Positions 1-8,494 are shown, numbered from the stretch's first letter. The stretch: 64,000 bases of DNA from an uncultured virus (IMG/VR IMGVR_UViG_3300045391_006705) (IMGVR_UViG_3300045391_006705); one strand, 5' to 3'. Numbers and translations: made by a program. The notes: generated by a model from the sequence alone, not told the origin.

Positions 1-69
1 TCCACCTCCTTGAACGCGCCACGGACAGGGCCCCGCGCGCGGGTGGCGCGCCGCGCGCGGGGCGTTCGG

Positions 70-438
70 TCAGGACAGCGTCACCGGCTGGTCGCGGACC
101 GGGATCCGGGTGCCGTGGGCGACGTAGCGGAACACGTCGGCCGCGTCCACGTCGTACGCATGGGCCTCGCCCCGCTTGTCGCGGGTGAAGACCCACACCC
201 GGTCGGCCTCCGACAACACGCCCTCGATCCGCTGCGGGTCGCAGACGTTGGGGTACGCGATCCCGTCGTCCGCCTCCTGCTGCTTCACGATCGCGCGAAG
301 CGGGTCGTCCGGCGCCAGCAACCGGACGGGCACGTTGACCTCGATCCACTCGCCCACTTCCTTCCGGAACTGGAGGACGAGGACGGCCCGCGCCTCGGCC
401 AGGGCCTCCGCCGGCGTGCGCTGCTGCTGCATGTGCAT
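70..438 (-). CDS. hypothetical protein (left arm)
   Basis: GGAGGT RBS then ATG at 438; high GC3. Confidence 0.75.
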   Translation of the reverse strand: MHMQQQRTPAEALAEARAVLVLQFRKEVGEWIEVNVPVRLLAPDDPLRAIVKQQEADDGIAYPNVCDPQRIEGVLSEADRVWVFTRDKRGEAHAYDVDAADVFRYVAHGTRIPVRDQPVTLS

Positions 439-518
439 TGACACCTCCCGTCAAGCGGGAATGAAAGGGTGGGCGGGCGGCCCGTTCCCGCGCGGACCGC
501 CCGCCCGAATCGAAACGG

Positions 519-746
519 TCAGGACAGCAACTGCCCGAGCCGGGCGCCCGACGGCTCCCAGGCCGGGTCCAGGCGGCCGCTCGCGAGCCGGTCGGCCATC
601 GTGCGCCGGTACTCGCGCACCGCCCAGGCGGCCTCCACGTCCTGCCGGTACTTGGTCGCGTCCGACAGCGTCGGCTGCTTGCGGGCCGGGCGGCGGCGCG
701 GGGCGGCGGGGGATTGCGATCGGGACAGCGTCAGCTTGATCAACAT
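519..746 (-). CDS. hypothetical protein
   Basis: AAGGAG RBS, ATG, 75 aa. Confidence 0.7.
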   Translation of the reverse strand: MLIKLTLSRSQSPAAPRRRPARKQPTLSDATKYRQDVEAAWAVREYRRTMADRLASGRLDPAWEPSGARLGQLLS

Positions 747-842
747 GCGATGCTCCTTGAAGGTGCCGCGCTCGTAAGAGCGCCCCGGCCGTGGCGCGGC
801 GGCCGGCCGGGGCGGATTTCCAGGGGTGAACGGGCCGGCCGT

Positions 843-1238
843 TCAGCGGCCGGCCGGGGACTTCGGGCCCCGCGCGAACGCGAGCCCGCGCGGCTGGCAC
901 AGATGGCGGAAGAAAGCGTCCGCCGCCGACTGCCGGAGCGTGCCGAAGGCCACCGGCGTCCCCGCCAGGAGGGCGAGGCGCACGACCGTCCAGCCCCAGG
1001 GGTCGGGGCTCGGCAGCCCGAGCGCCATGTTCACGAGCTTGGCCGCCCGCCCGGCGTCCGGCGGCCCGGATCCCAGCGCCAGCGTCACCACCACCTCCGG
1101 CTCGCGCGCCAGCGACTCCGCCCCGCGCATGAGCCAGGCCCACGTCCGCGCCGCGCCCTCGGCCTCCGCCTCGAGCGCGCGGATCGACAGCCGCGCGCAC
1201 CGGTCGGCCAGGCGCAGGTACTGCTGCTCCTGCTGCAT
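843..1238 (-). CDS. hypothetical protein
   Basis: GGGAGG RBS before ATG (MQQEQQYLRL). Confidence 0.7.
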   Translation of the reverse strand: MQQEQQYLRLADRCARLSIRALEAEAEGAARTWAWLMRGAESLAREPEVVVTLALGSGPPDAGRAAKLVNMALGLPSPDPWGWTVVRLALLAGTPVAFGTLRQSAADAFFRHLCQPRGLAFARGPKSPAGR

Positions 1239-1347
1239 TCGTCCCTCCCGTTGGATGGTCTGCGGCGGGCGCCCTCGCGCCCGCCAACGCCGAAACGCGG
1301 GCGGCCCCGGCGAACCGGAACCGCCCGCGCGCCACACGGCTGCGGGC

Positions 1348-1590
1348 CTACGACCAGGGCACCGCCTCCACCAGCGGCGGCCGGACCTCGCGCACCTTGC
1401 GGTGCGGCGGCAGCGGCAACGACGCCACGACGTCGAGGTGGCGGAGCCCCGCCGCGCGCGCCAGCCGGATGTCCTCCGGCGTGGCGACGCGGGTCGAGAC
1501 TTCCTGGAGCCGGCCCCGCTCGTCCCGCACCTCGGCGACGAGTTCCATGCCCACGAGGCGCTTCGAGGTGGGCAGCGATACGATCAACAT
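1348..1590 (-). CDS. hypothetical protein
   Basis: AGGAGGT RBS before ATG (MLIVSLPTSK). Confidence 0.7.
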   Translation of the reverse strand: MLIVSLPTSKRLVGMELVAEVRDERGRLQEVSTRVATPEDIRLARAAGLRHLDVVASLPLPPHRKVREVRPPLVEAVPWS

Positions 1591-1674
1591 GCGGTACCTC
1601 CTGCTAGGAGCCGCGCGCGAAAGGGAAACCCACGGGCGCGGGGCGCGGCGTTCCACGCCCGTGGGGCCTGCGAA

Positions 1675-2127
1675 TCACATGTCGACGTCGCCCAGCCGGA
1701 ACGGCGGGAACGTGTGGTACTGGCCGTGCGCCAACTGGTACCACGCCTCCCGCGCCTGCCGCATCAGCCGCTCCCAATAGGCGTGGCGGCCCTGGCAGCG
1801 GGCGAACTTGGCCTGGCGGAGCGCGTCCCGGCAGTCGAACAGCAACTTCGCGCGCGAGGGCATGACCGCCCGGATCGCGGCCTCCCGCTCGGCCTGGCGC
1901 CGCTCCCAGGCCCGGAACGCCGCCTCGAGCGTGGCGTTCCGCTCCGCATGCCCGTCGGACAGCTTGCGGATCGCCGAGCCGCCGTCCAGGCACGAAGTGG
2001 CCGCCAGCCCGCAGTTCTCGCACACGGCCACGAACCACAACTCGTTCGGCGTGCGCCAGTGCGTCAGCGCCAACCGGCACGGCCGCTCGGGCGGCACGTC
2101 GTTCGGGTCCCAGGCGCGGTCAGTCAC
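1675..2127 (-). CDS. hypothetical protein with CxxC motif
   Basis: Overlaps end of upstream gene; GGAGG RBS; CENC motif. Confidence 0.7.
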   Translation of the reverse strand: MTDRAWDPNDVPPERPCRLALTHWRTPNELWFVAVCENCGLAATSCLDGGSAIRKLSDGHAERNATLEAAFRAWERRQAEREAAIRAVMPSRAKLLFDCRDALRQAKFARCQGRHAYWERLMRQAREAWYQLAHGQYHTFPPFRLGDVDM

Positions 2128-2353
2128 GGCCCCGGCCCTCCTCCACCCACGGGTTGACCCACCGCTCGAACGCGTTCGTGATGCCGAACGCGATCAGGAC
2201 GCTGGCCATGCACCCGAACAACAGGCACCACACCACGTAATGATCGACGGCGCCGAACAGGCAGGCGGCGACGACGCACGTCGCCCCGCCCACCAGCTGG
2301 CACCAGCCCACGAACCGGTCGGTCGCGAGCACCTGCATTTCCTGCGTTTCCAT
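2120..2353 (-). CDS. small membrane protein (2 TM)
   Basis: GGAGGT RBS; two hydrophobic stretches. Confidence 0.7.
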   Translation of the reverse strand: METQEMQVLATDRFVGWCQLVGGATCVVAACLFGAVDHYVVWCLLFGCMASVLIAFGITNAFERWVNPWVEEGRGRD

Positions 2354-2440
2354 ACGAACCTCCGTTCACGAGCCGCGCGCAAGGGAAACCCCACGCCGCC
2401 GGCGCGGCGGTCGACGGCGCGGGGGACTGCGGAATGGAAA

Positions 2441-2776
2441 TCAGCCGCGCGGGAGCGGCACCGGCGGCGGCACGCGCCGCGCGCCGGCGAGGCCCGCGAA
2501 GGCCGTCGTCAGGTGGCACACCGGGATCCGCACGTAGCCGGATTCGATGTACCGGTGGGGCGGGAGCACCGCCCCGAGGCCGACCATCTCGGCCAGCACG
2601 CCCTCGTGCAGCCCGTAGTCGCGGACCGCGACCTCGCTGGCCGCGCGGGGCGGCTCGAGGAAGTTGACGGACACCCGCTCGTCCGCCACCCGGAGCACGG
2701 GCCAGCGGCCGCTCAAGGGAAACCGGCCCGCCAGCGTCAGCGGACCGTCAAGATGCTTCGTGGACACCCGCCACAT
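2441..2776 (-). CDS. hypothetical protein
   Basis: AGGAGGT RBS before ATG (MWRVSTK). Confidence 0.7.
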   Translation of the reverse strand: MWRVSTKHLDGPLTLAGRFPLSGRWPVLRVADERVSVNFLEPPRAASEVAVRDYGLHEGVLAEMVGLGAVLPPHRYIESGYVRIPVCHLTTAFAGLAGARRVPPPVPLPRG

Positions 2777-2866
2777 GCGACACCTCCTGCACAGCCGCGC
2801 GACAAGGGAGCCCACGCCGCCGGCGCGGCGTTCGACGGCGTGGGATTGCGAACCTGCGGAAACCGG

Positions 2867-3115
2867 CTAGTGGACGTCGCGCATCCAGCAGTCGCCGTCG
2901 CACCACCAGCCGAAGGCCCGGGCGCGGGCCTCGGCCAGCGCCAGCGCCTCGCCCGTGGCGTCCTCGGGCAGCGCCAAGAGCGCGTCCAGCGCCTCGTGCG
3001 CCCGCTTGGCGAGCAGCCGCTCGTCCCGGGCCCGCTGCCGCTCCGCCTCCCGGCGGGCGCGGTCCAGCTTGTCCTGCGTCTTGCGCACCAACTGCTGCGC
3101 GGGGGTCATGCGCAT
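2867..3115 (-). CDS. hypothetical coiled-coil protein
   Basis: GAGGT RBS; charged helical sequence. Confidence 0.7.
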   Translation of the reverse strand: MRMTPAQQLVRKTQDKLDRARREAERQRARDERLLAKRAHEALDALLALPEDATGEALALAEARARAFGWWCDGDCWMRDVH

Positions 3116-3218
3116 ACGACACCTCGTGGAATGGGCCGCGCGACGGACTGCTCGAGGCCCCCGGCGCGGCGTGCGGGGGCCCCGGACTTCCGGGGGAAAA
3201 CGGGACGGCCGATCAGGG

Positions 3219-3608
3219 TCAGTTCCGGCGCGTGCCGTAGTTGACCCACGCGTCCATGACCGAGTGCAGCAGCGGATCGCCGGCCGGCAGCGCCACCACC
3301 TGCACGGGCGCACCGTCCCACGCCAGGTAGACGTACGACGTCCGGCCGTTCTGGCTCAGCGTCGGGGCGGCCGAGGCCCCGACCCGCGCGGGCCTGGGCC
3401 GGACGACCGTCCGGAACCGGGGCGCGGCCTGCACCCACTTGAGCCGCTGGTCGAGGGTGTCGTCGCCCGACAGGTCGTCGGGCTGGGCCTCGCGCGCCGG
3501 GACCGACCGCAGCGTCGCGCGCCGGCGCGTGCGCCGCAGGTCCCAGCACACGAGGGAGAGGAACGCGGCCGCCGCCAGGGCGGCGAGGGAAATGCTGCCG
3601 ACCAACAT
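3219..3608 (-). CDS. hypothetical protein with N-terminal TM/signal
   Basis: GGAGGT RBS; MLVGSISLAALAAAAFLSLVCW. Confidence 0.7.
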   Translation of the reverse strand: MLVGSISLAALAAAAFLSLVCWDLRRTRRRATLRSVPAREAQPDDLSGDDTLDQRLKWVQAAPRFRTVVRPRPARVGASAAPTLSQNGRTSYVYLAWDGAPVQVVALPAGDPLLHSVMDAWVNYGTRRN

Positions 3609-3691
3609 GGGACACCTCCACGAAAAGGCGCGCGACCGACGACGGCGGCGGGTGCGCGCGTGACCCCGCCGCCCGATTCCCAGGGTAAATC

Positions 3692-3955
3692 CTAGAGCCG
3701 GCCCGCGACCACGAGCCCGCGCCAGAAGCAGCCCGCCGAGACGACGAGCAGCCCGAGCACGAGCCAGAGCGCCGGATGGGCGCGGAACAACCGGCCGACG
3801 CCGAACTCCGGCCCCACCGCCCACACGGCGACGGCCACCAGCGCCAGGGCGCCGAGCCCGAACGCCCACGCCAGCGGCGCCGGGGCCGCAAGCCCCACCC
3901 ACGCGAGCGCCCCGGTGGCGAACAACGCCAGCGAGGCCAGGAACGACTTCCACAT
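3692..3955 (-). CDS. small membrane protein (about 3 TM)
   Basis: GGAGGT RBS; highly hydrophobic. Confidence 0.7.
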   Translation of the reverse strand: MWKSFLASLALFATGALAWVGLAAPAPLAWAFGLGALALVAVAVWAVGPEFGVGRLFRAHPALWLVLGLLVVSAGCFWRGLVVAGRL

Positions 3956-4067
3956 ACGAACCTCCGGAAAGGGAAAACGAACGGCGGACCGGGCGCCCGC
4001 CAACGCCGAAACGCGGGCGGCCCCGAAGGACCGCCCGCGATTTTTCGGTGCAAAACGGCCGCGCGGA

Positions 4068-4310
4068 TCAGCGGCCGGTCAGGTACGCGAGCTCCGACGC
4101 GAGTTGGCCGGGGCGGACGTCGCCGATCGCGACGAGACCCGAGGCCGTGCGCGCGTAGATGGCGAAGAACCGGCCGACCAGGTCGGTCGATTCCACGCGC
4201 ACCAGCAGCTCGCTCGCCGCCGGAGCGGTCGAGCAGCCGTGCGCGACCTCGAAGGCGTCGGTCATGCGGACGCCCTCGACGTCGAACGCGAGGCGCAATG
4301 CGGTTGCCAT
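4068..4310 (-). CDS. hypothetical protein (second in-frame RBS+ATG at 4424)
   Basis: AAGGAGGT RBS before ATG 4310. Confidence 0.65.
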   Translation of the reverse strand: MATALRLAFDVEGVRMTDAFEVAHGCSTAPAASELLVRVESTDLVGRFFAIYARTASGLVAIGDVRPGQLASELAYLTGR

Positions 4311-4481
4311 GCCTATCACCTCCTTGTCAGGCGGTTGGGGTGGACGGTTGCGGGTCAGTCGCGAACCCAGACCCAGAGGCGGACGTCGAGCCGCCAGGTA
4401 CAGCACGTTCGCCTGCGTTTGCATCGTTCCTCCTTGCGAGTTGTGGGTCGTTGGGCGCGGTCGAACCGCCCCGCGCGGGGA

Positions 4482-4841
4482 TCACTTCAGTCGCTTGAGC
4501 ACCAGCTCCAGGTCCTCGAGCTCGCCCATCAGGCGCCGGGCCTCGAGCCGGTTGTCGCGCAGCAGGGCGTCGAAGTCGACGCGCTTGGGCAGCCGCTCGG
4601 CCGCGTACTCCGGCGTCCTGAGCCGCTCGCGCTCCCGCACGACGAATCCGGCGTCGTCCACGCGGTACCGGACCGCGTAGTCGGGCCGCTGGCCGTCGTA
4701 GCCGGCGGGGTCGTACTGCGGCGGATCCTCCTTCCCCCGCCGGTAGTCCGCCAGTTGCACCTCGATCTGGGCCAGGCGCGCCTTGATCTCGGCGATCCGG
4801 CCCTTCGTGCGGCGCCTCAGCGCCGCCTGGAAATCCTCCAC
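4482..4841 (-). CDS. hypothetical coiled-coil protein
   Basis: GGGAGG RBS, GTG start; high GC3. Confidence 0.7.
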   Translation of the reverse strand: MEDFQAALRRRTKGRIAEIKARLAQIEVQLADYRRGKEDPPQYDPAGYDGQRPDYAVRYRVDDAGFVVRERERLRTPEYAAERLPKRVDFDALLRDNRLEARRLMGELEDLELVLKRLK

Positions 4842-4983
4842 GCCCGTAGCCTCCCGCCACTGGTAGAAACCCCGCGCGCGCGTGGCGCCGCCGCGCGCGG
4901 GGACTGGAACGCCACCAACGCCAAAAGGCGGGCGGCCCCGAAGGACCGCCCGCCAATTTCCCAAGGGTAAACCGCCCGCGCCG

Positions 4984-5193
4984 TCAGCGCTCGAGGCCGA
5001 CCGCGTGCGCGGGGAAGAGCAGCCGCACGACGTCGACGTACTCCTCGGCGCCGAGCCAGTAGACCCGCCGGTAATCGCGGGCGTAGCAGCGGCGCTGCGA
5101 ATCGGCGCCGTTGGCCGCCAGCTTCCGGAGCACGGCCGCGCAGTCGTACCAGTCGCGGGTGTCGATCACGATGTCCCGAGCCTGCGTCTTCAT
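4984..5193 (-). CDS. hypothetical protein
   Basis: GGAGG RBS before ATG (MKTQARD). Confidence 0.7.
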   Translation of the reverse strand: MKTQARDIVIDTRDWYDCAAVLRKLAANGADSQRRCYARDYRRVYWLGAEEYVDVVRLLFPAHAVGLER

Positions 5194-5294
5194 TCGTTCC
5201 TCCGTTGGTGTGGGGTTCCTGCGGGAGTGAGCTCCCAACGCCAAAACGCGGGCGGCCCCGAAGGACCGCCCGCGTGGATCGCTCGCGCCCGAAA

Positions 5295-5585
5295 TTAGCG
5301 CGGGAACCGAAACTCGAAGTCGATCTGCTCCAGCAGATCGTTTGGCGCGCGCCCGATGACCAGGTCGTAAAACCGCATACGAGCGCCGGCACTGCGGGCG
5401 GCAGAAATGCGCGCGGCATCCGCGCGCGAGGCGTCCACGACGACGGTCAGCGAGGCCGCCGAGTCGTCGGGCGCGGGGACGACGGAGACTTGCGCCTCCG
5501 CGCCGAAGGCCTCGGCGAAGGCGCCCGCGACGACCGCGAGCAGGGTGGACAGCGAGTCGGGCGATTCGTCCAGCACGAGCAACAT
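5295..5585 (-). CDS. hypothetical protein
   Basis: GGAGGT RBS; 96 aa. Confidence 0.7.
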   Translation of the reverse strand: MLLVLDESPDSLSTLLAVVAGAFAEAFGAEAQVSVVPAPDDSAASLTVVVDASRADAARISAARSAGARMRFYDLVIGRAPNDLLEQIDFEFRFPR

Positions 5586-6054
5586 GGGACCTCCAAGTGT
5601 GGGTTGTGGGACGGATTCCTGTGGGTAAACTCGATATGCGGATCAGCGCTCAGGCCTCGAGCGCGCGGAACCGGACCGTTAGGCGCGGCGCTCTAGGCCC
5701 GCGCGAGAAGCTCCGGCATGGGCGCACCACAAACCCCGCCCGCGCGCGCGGAGCTCAACTTCCGGCCGCCCAGCTCCCGCCGAGCAGCTCCCGCGAGCAG
5801 CTCCGGCCGCCCGCGAGCTGTCGGAGCTGGCCCCGCTCGCGCGAAGCTGGGGGACGCACGCAAGACCGGATCAGGGCGAGGGCGAGAGCAACAAAGGCCG
5901 TAGGCCCAAACCCCTCCCGCCCTAGCGGATTTTCGGTGCAAATCGGACTGAGCGCTCTACGCCCGTTACCCGCCCGCGCGAGACTCGACTACTTTGGCGT
6001 TGGGGCTAGGCTACTTTGACGCATGGCGCCGTATGGGCCTACCATTGGCCGGAA

Positions 6055-6201
6055 CGGCACGGCGCCACGGCACGGCGCCACGGATCGAGCACGGCGCCAC
6101 GGACGGCACGGACGGCACGGCGCCACGGCACGGCGCCACGGATCGAGCACGGCGCCACGGACGGCACGGACGGCACGGCGCCACAGCACGGCGCCACGGC
6201 G
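6055..6201. repeat. 58-bp tandem repeat (about 2.5 copies) built from GCACGGCGCCAC units
   Basis: Units start at 6055, 6113, 6171. Confidence 0.9.
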
Positions 6202-6270
6202 CGACGTGGCGCGCCTGGTCGATTCATGGCTGTATGATTGATAGCTAAACTACGTGGACGACGGACAACG

Positions 6271-6304
6271 AAAAGCCCCGCAACGTCGGACGTTGCGGGG
6301 CTTT
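6271..6304 (-). terminator. intrinsic terminator (possibly bidirectional)
   Basis: AAAAGCCCCGCAACGT-CGG-ACGTTGCGGGGCTTT just past the stop of 6319..6729. Confidence 0.8.
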
Positions 6305-6318
6305 AGGACTACTGTCGA

Positions 6319-6729
6319 TCAGATGCGAGTCACGTTCGCCAACACGGTACGGTACTGGGCGGCCAAATCGGCGCCTGACAGTCCGAACACGTCGCCCGTG
6401 GTAGGATCACGATAGACGAAACGTGACGCGCGCATCGTCTTTGCGGCAAGCATCGGACTGGCCGGAACGTCCCATGCGGCGAAGTCCACCGCACGCTGTT
6501 GCAACGTCGCGAGCATGTCGGCTGGTATGTCTTGTCCGGTGGCGGCGCATACCGTCACCGTCTTGACGGCGTGCAATGCTTCGCGTGGCGTGACTGCGTT
6601 CGGCCGTTTGGGCGCGTCGGACTGCTTGCCATCGGTCCCGTTGCTGTCGCTGGACTGCTTGTGCGTCACCGTCAGGACCGCGCCGAACACGTCGGCGAAC
6701 GTCGGGGCCTGCTTGCTCTTGCTGGGCAT
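6319..6729 (-). CDS. hypothetical protein, atypical codon usage
   Basis: GGAG RBS, ATG, followed by a terminator. Confidence 0.7.
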   Translation of the reverse strand: MPSKSKQAPTFADVFGAVLTVTHKQSSDSNGTDGKQSDAPKRPNAVTPREALHAVKTVTVCAATGQDIPADMLATLQQRAVDFAAWDVPASPMLAAKTMRASRFVYRDPTTGDVFGLSGADLAAQYRTVLANVTRI

Positions 6730-6747
6730 GGTACTGTCTCCATTGGT

Positions 6748-6849
6748 GGCGCAACGTCATTGCGGCGCGGTGGACTTTCCACCGGCCAACAGTCAGGGAC
6801 GTTGCGCCTAGACCCTGACTGTGCGTCCACCGTCGGTAGTGCGGTGGAC
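6748..6849 (-). ncRNA. putative structured 5' leader (three hairpins plus an 11-bp pseudoknot or alternative pairing)
   Basis: Complementary blocks 6748-6758/6798-6808, 6789-6798/6813-6822, 6768-6774/6778-6784, 6825-6832/6842-6849. Confidence 0.45.
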
Positions 6850-6988
6850 TATGTGTGAAAGCGAGAACGCTACCGGACATGGCAAACCTAGTGCCATCGT
6901 CGCAAGGTTCGATCTAGTGACTTGCGGCGTTGGTCTAGGGTAACATTGTGGCATCGACGCAACGAAAAACGTGGTAGGCGCGCAACAC

Positions 6989-7056
6989 TTGGACGGTGGC
7001 GCGGTGGCGTTGGACGGTGGCGCGGTGGCGTTGGGATGTAGGCGCGGTGGCGCTGG
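6989..7056. repeat. 21-bp tandem repeat TTGGACGGTGGCGCGGTGGCG (2 copies plus 1 degenerate)
   Basis: Direct inspection. Confidence 0.8.
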
Positions 7057-7267
7057 CCGTTAGTTGTTTGCAATCCCCGCAATGGCAAACAATTCCTAAG
7101 TCTCTGGGAGCTCAGGGTTTAGGCCTGGAGGGGTATTTGAATGGGAGCCCCTGGAAAGTCGCCGGCGGCCCAGGTAACCCCATCCAAAAACGCGGCGCAT
7201 TTTTCGGCTAACCCACCTGGTACCAACCACTTCCAACCCTCCATTGGGGGCCCCGCCCCGCCCCCGG

Positions 7268-7368
7268 TTCTCCACCCGTTTCCACCCCTTTTCCACAAAA
7301 GCCGGGCGTCCTGGCTCCCGGGCCGCTAACCCACATCCTTTCAACCGGTTATCCACCCGCTTTCCACC
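7268..7368 (+). promoter_or_regulatory. cluster of DnaA-box-like 9-mers
   Basis: TTTTCCACA (7289-7297) matches TTWTNCACA; TTATCCACC (7349); three further TCCACC variants. Confidence 0.35.
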
Positions 7369-7580
7369 CAAGCGGGGGTGGGCGCCCCGGTCTGGGTTGC
7401 GCGGCCCAGGGGTGGTGCGTCTTCCGGCATGTGCCGACACCGCCTTTACGCCCTCGCGCTCGTGCTGGTCGCCCAGGCCCGGGCCGGGCCGCCGCTGGTG
7501 TGGCTGGGGTACTACGCCTTGGCTGCCGGCTTGCCGGGCCTCGCCTGGCCGGATTCCCCCGCCTAGGCTATTTTGTCGGC

Positions 7581-7763
7581 ATGGGTGCCTGGACGGAGGC
7601 CGAAATCGCGGCCGCGACGCTGTTGGACGAGTGGGTCCGATGCGTGCGGTCGGAAGATTGGCGTGAGGTGCCTGGGAGGCCGTATGATTTCGAGTGTGTC
7701 TGGGTCGGGTGCAGGGGGAGGGTGTTCGGCGTCTTCCGGCGCTACGCCCACGCCGCCGCCTGA
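7581..7763 (+). CDS. helix-Zn-ribbon family paralog 1 (degenerate Cys)
   Basis: TEAEIAAATLLDEW..C. Confidence 0.65.
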   Translation: MGAWTEAEIAAATLLDEWVRCVRSEDWREVPGRPYDFECVWVGCRGRVFGVFRRYAHAAA

Positions 7764-7791
7764 CCCGTTTGCGTAGCGGCCGGAGGCTGAA

Positions 7792-8049
7792 ATGAAAGAC
7801 GCGGCGGCGGCAGCCCAAATACTCACCGGCCTGGTCACCTGCCACGCCTGCCTTGGCAACCAATGGCACTTCTGCGGCTGGGACCAGGGGCTGGACGTCT
7901 GGGATGTCCGCCTCTGGCGCTGCTCCGCCTGCGGCCTTTGCTTGCGGGAGAGCGGCCTTGCCGGCCGGGCCTTGCCAGCCGTCCGGGTGTTGGTGCAGGG
8001 CGGCGACCTGGTCGAACTGTCGTTCGAGGACCAGGGGCTCGAGTGGTGA
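7792..8049 (+). CDS. helix-Zn-ribbon family paralog 2
   Basis: AAAAAQILTGLVT-CHAC...CSAC. Confidence 0.8.
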   Translation: MKDAAAAAQILTGLVTCHACLGNQWHFCGWDQGLDVWDVRLWRCSACGLCLRESGLAGRALPAVRVLVQGGDLVELSFEDQGLEW

Positions 8050-8270
8050 ACCCCGCCCCAGAACCCTGGTCGGACGCCGACCTGGCGGCGGTGACGCTGC
8101 TGGACGGCTGGCTACGCTGCCGATGCGGCTCCGACCAATGGATCGCGGTCACCTACGGCTACCTGTGCGGCCGGCCCCACTGCCTGGAATGGCGGGGCGC
8201 GCGCGGGACCCGCCGCCTGGCCCTGCCGGGCACGATGTTGTGCCGGGTGGCGCAGGTGGGGCGGGGGTGA
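8046..8270 (+). CDS. helix-Zn-ribbon family paralog 3
   Basis: GTGA overlap; DADLAAVTLLDGWLR-CRC...CGRPHC. Confidence 0.75.
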   Translation: MNPAPEPWSDADLAAVTLLDGWLRCRCGSDQWIAVTYGYLCGRPHCLEWRGARGTRRLALPGTMLCRVAQVGRG

Positions 8271-8494
8271 CGGACGCGGCGCTGGCGGCCCAAATGCTGA
8301 CGGGCCTGGTCCACTGCCCCGGCTGCCTGGGCGACGTGTGGGAGTTTTCGTCCCTCGGGCCGGGTCGCGAGTTCGCGCCGCTCGCCTGGCGCTGCGCCGT
8401 TTGCCGTCGGCTTCTGGAGCCGCCGGCGGCGGACTACGTGCGGGAGTTGGCGGAGCCGCGCTATCCCTGGGCCTACCGCATTCGCCTGGTATAA
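8267..8494 (+). CDS. helix-Zn-ribbon family paralog 4
   Basis: GTGA overlap; TDAALAAQMLTGLVH-CPGC...CAVC. Confidence 0.8.
   Translation: MTDAALAAQMLTGLVHCPGCLGDVWEFSSLGPGREFAPLAWRCAVCRRLLEPPAADYVRELAEPRYPWAYRIRLV

Larger units (their letters stand above)
31..4902 (-). promoter_or_regulatory. family of 8 leader hairpins with a conserved CGC(C/G)GCGC(C)-like loop upstream of RBSs (31-62, 781-814, 1629-1665, 2389-2424, 2811-2844, 3156-3181, 3644-3673, 4870-4902)
   Basis: Stems differ in sequence but keep pairing; loops are similar; each sits a short distance 5' of a GGAGG-type RBS. Confidence 0.7.
471..5274 (-). terminator. repeated terminator-like hairpin GCGGGCGGTCC-TTCG-GGGCCGCCCGC + TT(T/C)GGCGTTGG tail (3998-4039, 4915-4954, 5235-5274; variants 1281-1330, 471-506)
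   Basis: Near-identical cUUCGg hairpins just 3' of minus-strand stop codons; weak U-tract. Confidence 0.65.

Noticed and set aside
70..3608. Paralogy between 70-438 and 3219-3608 (APDDPLRAIV vs PAGDPLLHSV)
   Set aside because: Match too short to support by eye.
6055..6201. Possible CRISPR array
   Set aside because: Tandem repeat without unique spacers; no cas genes.
5989..6248. Short ORFs across the 58-bp repeat
   Set aside because: Open only because the repeat lacks stops; no RBS.
6748..6849. HDV-like or hammerhead ribozyme call
   Set aside because: No P3/L3 between P2 and P1, and no CUGAnGA/GAAA core; kept only as an unclassified structure.
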